Assembly: GCA_900546375.1 (NCBI GenBank)
Contig: URCO01000007.1
Span: 3,303-67,302, forward strand
From: an uncultured Collinsella sp.
GTDB taxonomy: Bacteria > Actinomycetota > Coriobacteriia > Coriobacteriales > Coriobacteriaceae
Length of the DNA stretch: 64,000 nucleotides
Reading direction: 5' to 3'
Shown here: positions 58,439 to 64,000 of the stretch, piece by piece
Layout of the letters: every line of letters begins with the position of its first letter
Position numbering within the stretch: the first letter of the stretch is position 1
The notes under the pieces: generated by a model
The model's database searches: none
Told to the model about the DNA's origin: nothing
Seen by the model: the letters and a program-made list of their open reading frames with translations, nothing else
Program-made: the position numbers and the translations under genes

Positions 58439-59740
58439 ATGCAGCGACAGCTTATGAGTGAACTTATCGCTTGGAAATCAAGGGCGAATCGCAAACCTCT
58501 CTTGCTTAAGGGAGCCCGCCAGACAGGAAAGACTTGGCTTCTTAACGAATTCGCAAGCCAGCAGTATCGAAACGTCATTCGTTTTGACTTTATGCTCGAG
58601 CCGAGCACACGCTCACTGTTCGATGGGAACCTCGACCCCAAGCGCATCATCTCCCAGATAGAACTCCTACGTGGCCAAACCGTAACGCCGGAAGACACGC
58701 TCATCATCTTCGACGAGATCCAAGAGGCGCCACGCGGGATCACCTCGCTCAAGTACTTCAACGAGCTTGCACCCGAATACCACATCGTAGCAGCCGGTTC
58801 CTATATGGGCCTCGCGCTCCGACGCGAAAACGAGTCATTTCCCGTCGGCAAAATCGACCAGCTCACCATGCGTCCCATGGGGTTTGCTGAGTTCGTTCGT
58901 GCTGTCGACGGCAACCCGCTCGCCGACGCCATCCTTGCCGCAGACATGAACCTTCTAGCAAACGTTACCGAAAAGCTCGAGCACTTGCTCAAGGAATACC
59001 TTGTTGTCGGCGGTATGCCCGAAGTTGTCTCCACTTTCGCCGAGACACGCGATTTCATCGAAGCCCGAAGGCTTCAGCAGCAAATCATCGAGGCTTACGA
59101 ATCCGATTTTGGCAAACATGCACCCGCCCGCATCGTCGAGCGCATGAGGTTGGTTTGGAAATCCCTTCCCGGCCAGCTTGCAAAGGAGAACAAGAAGTTT
59201 GTCTATGGCGCCCTTCGTCCCGGAGCGCGCGCACGCGATTTCGAGGAAAGCCTCCAGTGGCTCACGGACTACGGAATCGTTCATAAGGTGCCACGTGTTT
59301 CCGCTCTAAAGGCGCCGCTCTCGAGCTACGAAGACCTCTCGGGCTTCAAACTGTTCTGCATCGACACCGGCATCCTCGGAGCGCTCTCCGGTCTCTCTCC
59401 GGCCATCGTTCTTAACGGATCCGCTGTTTTTACCGAGTTCAAAGGTTCGCTGACCGAACAATACGTCGCGCAGGAGCTTTTGCTCCAGGACAAAACTCCC
59501 GCGTATTGGTCCTCTACCTCCGGCAATGCCGAAACCGACTTTGCCATCGACCATGCGGGAACCGTGCTTCCGCTTGAGGTCAAGGCGGCAGAGAACCTTA
59601 AAGCGAAGAGTCTGAAAATAGCCTGCGAAAAATTCAAACTCGAGCGTTGCGTGAGGAGCTCCCTGGCGGCATATAGAGACGAGGGCATGCTCATCAATAT
59701 TCCGCTTTGGGAGATTGGGCAGATCGACAAGCTGGCATAG
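58439..59740 (+). CDS. AAA_14 ATPase with DUF4143 and C-terminal PD-(D/E)xK-like domain
   Basis: GARQTGKT, IFDEIQ, AAGS, FPVGK, YLVVGGMPE, DTG, ETDF..LPLEVK. Confidence 0.88.
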   Translation: MQRQLMSELIAWKSRANRKPLLLKGARQTGKTWLLNEFASQQYRNVIRFDFMLEPSTRSLFDGNLDPKRIISQIELLRGQTVTPEDTLIIFDEIQEAPRGITSLKYFNELAPEYHIVAAGSYMGLALRRENESFPVGKIDQLTMRPMGFAEFVRAVDGNPLADAILAADMNLLANVTEKLEHLLKEYLVVGGMPEVVSTFAETRDFIEARRLQQQIIEAYESDFGKHAPARIVERMRLVWKSLPGQLAKENKKFVYGALRPGARARDFEESLQWLTDYGIVHKVPRVSALKAPLSSYEDLSGFKLFCIDTGILGALSGLSPAIVLNGSAVFTEFKGSLTEQYVAQELLLQDKTPAYWSSTSGNAETDFAIDHAGTVLPLEVKAAENLKAKSLKIACEKFKLERCVRSSLAAYRDEGMLINIPLWEIGQIDKLA

Positions 59741-59761
59741 GCGCTGTGGGGACGCCCCGCA

Positions 59762-59810
59762 AGGACTGTCCCCAGGTGCCGGCAGAAAAGGAACGTCCCC
59801 AGGTGCCGGC
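59762..59810. repeat. Tandem GGAACGTCCC-family repeats
   Basis: AGGACTGTCCCCAGGTGCCGGCAGAAA-AGGAACGTCCCCAGGTGCCGGC, similar to 13664-13712. Confidence 0.75.
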
Positions 59811-59813
59811 TGT

Positions 59814-59884
59814 TGAGTTGCGGTGGAATAGGGACTGTTTGGTGCCCGAAAGGGCGATTTTAGTCCGTATTTCACCGCAACTTA
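59814..59884. repeat. 72-bp palindromic element, copy 3
   Basis: AGTTGCGGTGGAATAGGGACT...AGTCCGTATTTCACCGCAACT. Confidence 0.85.
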
Positions 59885-59885
59885 T

Positions 59886-60887
59886 TTAGAGGGCGCTGAG
59901 GCTGGGGGTCCAGCCGATGGTGGGGGTCGCGCCGTCGAGGGTTTCGTTGATAGTGGCGGCCATGCCAGCGAGTAGGCTGTTCTCGCTTACGGTGAGCGTC
60001 TTGTAGCCGCCGGCTCGCATGAGCTCGCGGATCACCACGGCGCCAGCCAGAAGCACGCCCGCGCGCTTGGGCTGCACGCCCGGCAGCGCAGCGATACCCT
60101 CCACATCCAGCGTAGACATACGATCGATGGCGGCCGAGATCTGCTCCATCGAAAGCTCGCGCAGGTGCACAAAGTTCGAGTCGTACGGCTCCAGTTCGTG
60201 GACCAGCGCCACGAGCGTGGTGACGGTACCGCCCACCGCGACCAGGCGCTCGGCGCGCTCAAAGTCGCTGGGCAGGCCCTCAAAATAGGCGGAGAACTGC
60301 TCGCCCGCCCACGTGGCGGCAGCCGCAAGCTCGTTCGTCGACGGCGGCAGCGCAGAGAAAAACCGCTCGGTCACGCGACGGCAACCGATGTCCAGTGAGC
60401 GCGTTCCCTCCAGCGCAAAGACCCCGCGCTCCGGCGCATAGACGCCCGTCGCGAGCTCCGTGGAGCCACCGCCCGAATCGGCAACGATGATGCGCTCGCC
60501 GGCAAAGTCGTGCGCCACGCCAAAAAACGTCAGGCGCGCCTCGACCTCGCCCGGAATCACCTGTGGCTCAAGCCCCAAATCGCGCAGGCCGTCCAGCAGC
60601 AGCGCAGCGTTGGACGCATCGCGCGCGGCGCTCGTGCACGTGGTACAGATGCACGCGGCGCCAAAGTCGCGCGCCTCGTCCACAAACATGCGGCACGCAG
60701 CGAGCACGCGCTCGACGGCCGCCTCACAAAAGCGACCCGTCGCGTCCACGCCCTCGCCCAGGTCGGTAATCTCGGTATGTTTGGACGATCCCACGATCGC
60801 CCCAGCCTCAACCTGCGCCAGCACCAGTCGCGACGACACCGTTCCCAGGTCGATCGCCGCCACCTTATATCGTTTGCAATCTGCCAT
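59886..60887 (-). CDS. ppx: Ppx/GppA family exopolyphosphatase
   Basis: AAIDLGTVSSRL, TSAARDASN, GEVEARLTF, DSGGGSTE, VGGTVTT. Confidence 0.88.
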   Translation of the reverse strand: MADCKRYKVAAIDLGTVSSRLVLAQVEAGAIVGSSKHTEITDLGEGVDATGRFCEAAVERVLAACRMFVDEARDFGAACICTTCTSAARDASNAALLLDGLRDLGLEPQVIPGEVEARLTFFGVAHDFAGERIIVADSGGGSTELATGVYAPERGVFALEGTRSLDIGCRRVTERFFSALPPSTNELAAAATWAGEQFSAYFEGLPSDFERAERLVAVGGTVTTLVALVHELEPYDSNFVHLRELSMEQISAAIDRMSTLDVEGIAALPGVQPKRAGVLLAGAVVIRELMRAGGYKTLTVSENSLLAGMAATINETLDGATPTIGWTPSLSAL

Positions 60888-60915
60888 TGCGGGCTCCCCT
60901 CCGGGCGCTACTCGC

Positions 60916-61677
60916 CTACTCGCCGTTGGACGCGACCGTCTGGCCCTCGACGCCGTTAAACCCAAACAGCATGTCGAGCGCCTGGATGTACCACGGCGCG
61001 TCCTTGCCGACTTCTTCGATTTCCTTGGCAACTTCGCTGGCCTTCTTGGCGTTCGACGACTTCTGGCTCGACGAGGCATCCGAATCGCCGTCCAGGCCCT
61101 GCACTTCAATCCTCTTCTCGCCGGGCATCACCAGGCCCAGGTCCTCGGATGCCGCGTCCTTGATACCCTCCTCCGAGAGCAGCTTGTCGACGCTTTTTTG
61201 CAGCTCATCATTGTATTGCTGGCGAATCTCGACCTGCTTGGCCAAGATATCGCTCGAACGCTTTGCCACGTACAGGTCGCGCACGGGGAAATACAGGCTC
61301 ACGAGCACCAGGGCAACGACGATGCCGATGAATAGCCCTCGCTGAGGACCGTGGGTAAAGTCGTAGATCGCCTTGACCACTGCGTTGTCGTTGGCGTAGT
61401 GCATAAAGTCCGAGCCCGAAAGACGGTTCGAGGGCCTGCTCGACCTATCGTGCGTTTGAGCCGACGAGCGCTGAGCATGCGACGAACGTGCCGGGCGCAC
61501 CGGTCCATCTGCCGAAGTATTCACTTGAGCATTGGGGCGCGAGGTACTTGTCGGGCGCTGCGTGGAGCGGTCGGCACCGGCGCAGGCGGACCCACCGAGC
61601 TGCACCGTGCGCGCACGGCGAGGCGACGGCTCACGCGAACCGGCGGAATAGTACCTGTTGTCGTAAATCTGATCCAT
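60916..61677 (-). CDS. Septum formation initiator family protein (FtsB/DivIC-like)
   Basis: TM followed by coiled coil and EGIKDAASEDLGLVMPGE; eno-ftsB-ppx synteny. Confidence 0.78.
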   Translation of the reverse strand: MDQIYDNRYYSAGSREPSPRRARTVQLGGSACAGADRSTQRPTSTSRPNAQVNTSADGPVRPARSSHAQRSSAQTHDRSSRPSNRLSGSDFMHYANDNAVVKAIYDFTHGPQRGLFIGIVVALVLVSLYFPVRDLYVAKRSSDILAKQVEIRQQYNDELQKSVDKLLSEEGIKDAASEDLGLVMPGEKRIEVQGLDGDSDASSSQKSSNAKKASEVAKEIEEVGKDAPWYIQALDMLFGFNGVEGQTVASNGE

Positions 61678-61873
61678 GTGCGCCTTGTGCGGTTGAGGTT
61701 TGTTTGCGCTAAGTATTCTAGTTATAGCACGAGCGCGCGCACCGCCTTCGCCAGCCTTTGCTCGACATAAAAAAGGCGCTGAGCCATATGGCCCAGCGCC
61801 CACAGCGCTTTGCGGCGTCCAGCCAAGGCGGGGGCGGAACCGAGTCAGCCTCCCCCTCGCCAAATTCGCCCGT

Positions 61874-63175
<1,302 letters not shown>

Positions 63176-63445
63176 TCACTTGGAAACGGGTTGAATGCTT
63201 GGCGACTGGCCGACGGTGCACCATTGGTGCGCCTCCGTAAGTTAGCCATGTCGCACTTTTTGCATTATGCCCTAAGTTAGCCGAGGGATACATATGAATT
63301 GGAGAAATCATTCTTTGGGGCGCTTGTTTTTTCACCGAGCATTCATCTCTAGAGGTCGCCCCCCCCCATTAAATTCTTATATCGGCATACCGTCTTTACC
63401 TGGCTTGCGAATGAAAGTGTCAATGTTGTGCTTTCACATCGTGCA

Positions 63446-63530
63446 AAGTTCTGGATATCGTGCAAATCTAAGGGTCTGAAGTTCTGGATATCGTGCATAA
63501 TCAGGTTATAAAAGTTCTGGATATCGTGCA
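63446..63530. repeat. Three identical 19-bp direct repeats with 14-bp variable spacers (33-bp period)
   Basis: AAGTTCTGGATATCGTGCA at 63446, 63479 and 63512. Confidence 0.92.
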
Positions 63531-63540
63531 CGAGGTAGCC

Positions 63541-64000
63541 ATGCTTAAACGAAAAGCCTATGACAAACTACTAAAGTGGAAGCATGAAAGCGCTGGTAAA
63601 ACAGCACTTCTTATTGAAGGAGCCAGCCGCGTCGGCAAGAGCACGCTTGCCCGCACGTTTGGAGAAACCGAATACAAGTCCTGCCTTGTCATTGATTTCT
63701 TTCAAGCACCTGCCGAAGTTAAGCAATATTTTGAGGACTATCGCACTGACTTCGACTCGCTCTTCCTCTATCTCTCGGTTTTCTATAACGTCAAACTCTA
63801 TGAACACGAGACGCTTATCGTCTTTGACGAGGTCCAGATGTACCCGCAAGCACGCGGACTCATCAAGTATCTCGTTGCAGACGGACGTTACGACTACATC
63901 GAAACTGGATCCCTACTCAGCATCAAGCAGAACATTAAAGATATCGTCATCCCATCCGAGGAAGAGTCTCTGGAACTTGAGCCCCTCGACTTTGAGGAGT
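63541..64000 (+). CDS. Second AAA_14 family ATPase (probably DUF4143; 3' end outside window)
   Basis: Manual translation: MLKRKAYDKLLKWK..LLIEGASRVGKST..IVFDEVQ..IETGSL..LEPLDFEE; GAGG RBS. Confidence 0.85.
   Translation, partial: MLKRKAYDKLLKWKHESAGKTALLIEGASRVGKSTLARTFGETEYKSCLVIDFFQAPAEVKQYFEDYRTDFDSLFLYLSVFYNVKLYEHETLIVFDEVQMYPQARGLIKYLVADGRYDYIETGSLLSIKQNIKDIVIPSEEESLELEPLDFEE

Noticed and set aside
57965..59885. Prophage or integrative element at tRNA-Leu
   Set aside because: No integrase or phage genes, and the att-like duplication encloses only 197 bp.
63446..63530. Canonical CRISPR array
   Set aside because: 19-bp repeats and 14-bp spacers are too short, there are only three units, and no cas genes are in the window. 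Kept as a non-CRISPR finding.

Overview
High-GC chromosomal window. Gene content and style suggest a Coriobacteriia gut bacterium such as Collinsella (inference). Most of it is housekeeping genes on the minus strand: an icd-like dehydrogenase, degV, hpf/raiA, comF, ricT-holB-tmk, topA, hypBA-tatCB, nhaA, ppaC, pcrA, uppP, purH, ppx, ftsB and eno, with gluQ on the plus strand. Accessory content includes a gmu-like PTS/GH1/ROK/GntR/ManA sugar cluster, two two-component systems, a hipBA toxin-antitoxin pair with clear operators, a SauUSI-like PLD-helicase restriction enzyme with MutT and two phosphoesterases, a tRNA-Leu(TAA), and two AAA_14/DUF4143 ATPase-nuclease genes. The main non-coding signals are: (1) a raiA-motif structured RNA at about 7317-7575; (2) triple repeats with exactly 33-bp period in front of both AAA_14/DUF4143 genes, with unrelated repeat sequences; (3) several families of dispersed palindromic elements (about 30, 72, 180 and 227 bp), some with compensatory arm changes and one directly downstream of a Vsr/DUF559-like nuclease gene; (4) a 197-bp tRNA 3'-end duplication unit. 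All calls come from reading the sequence; no searches were run.
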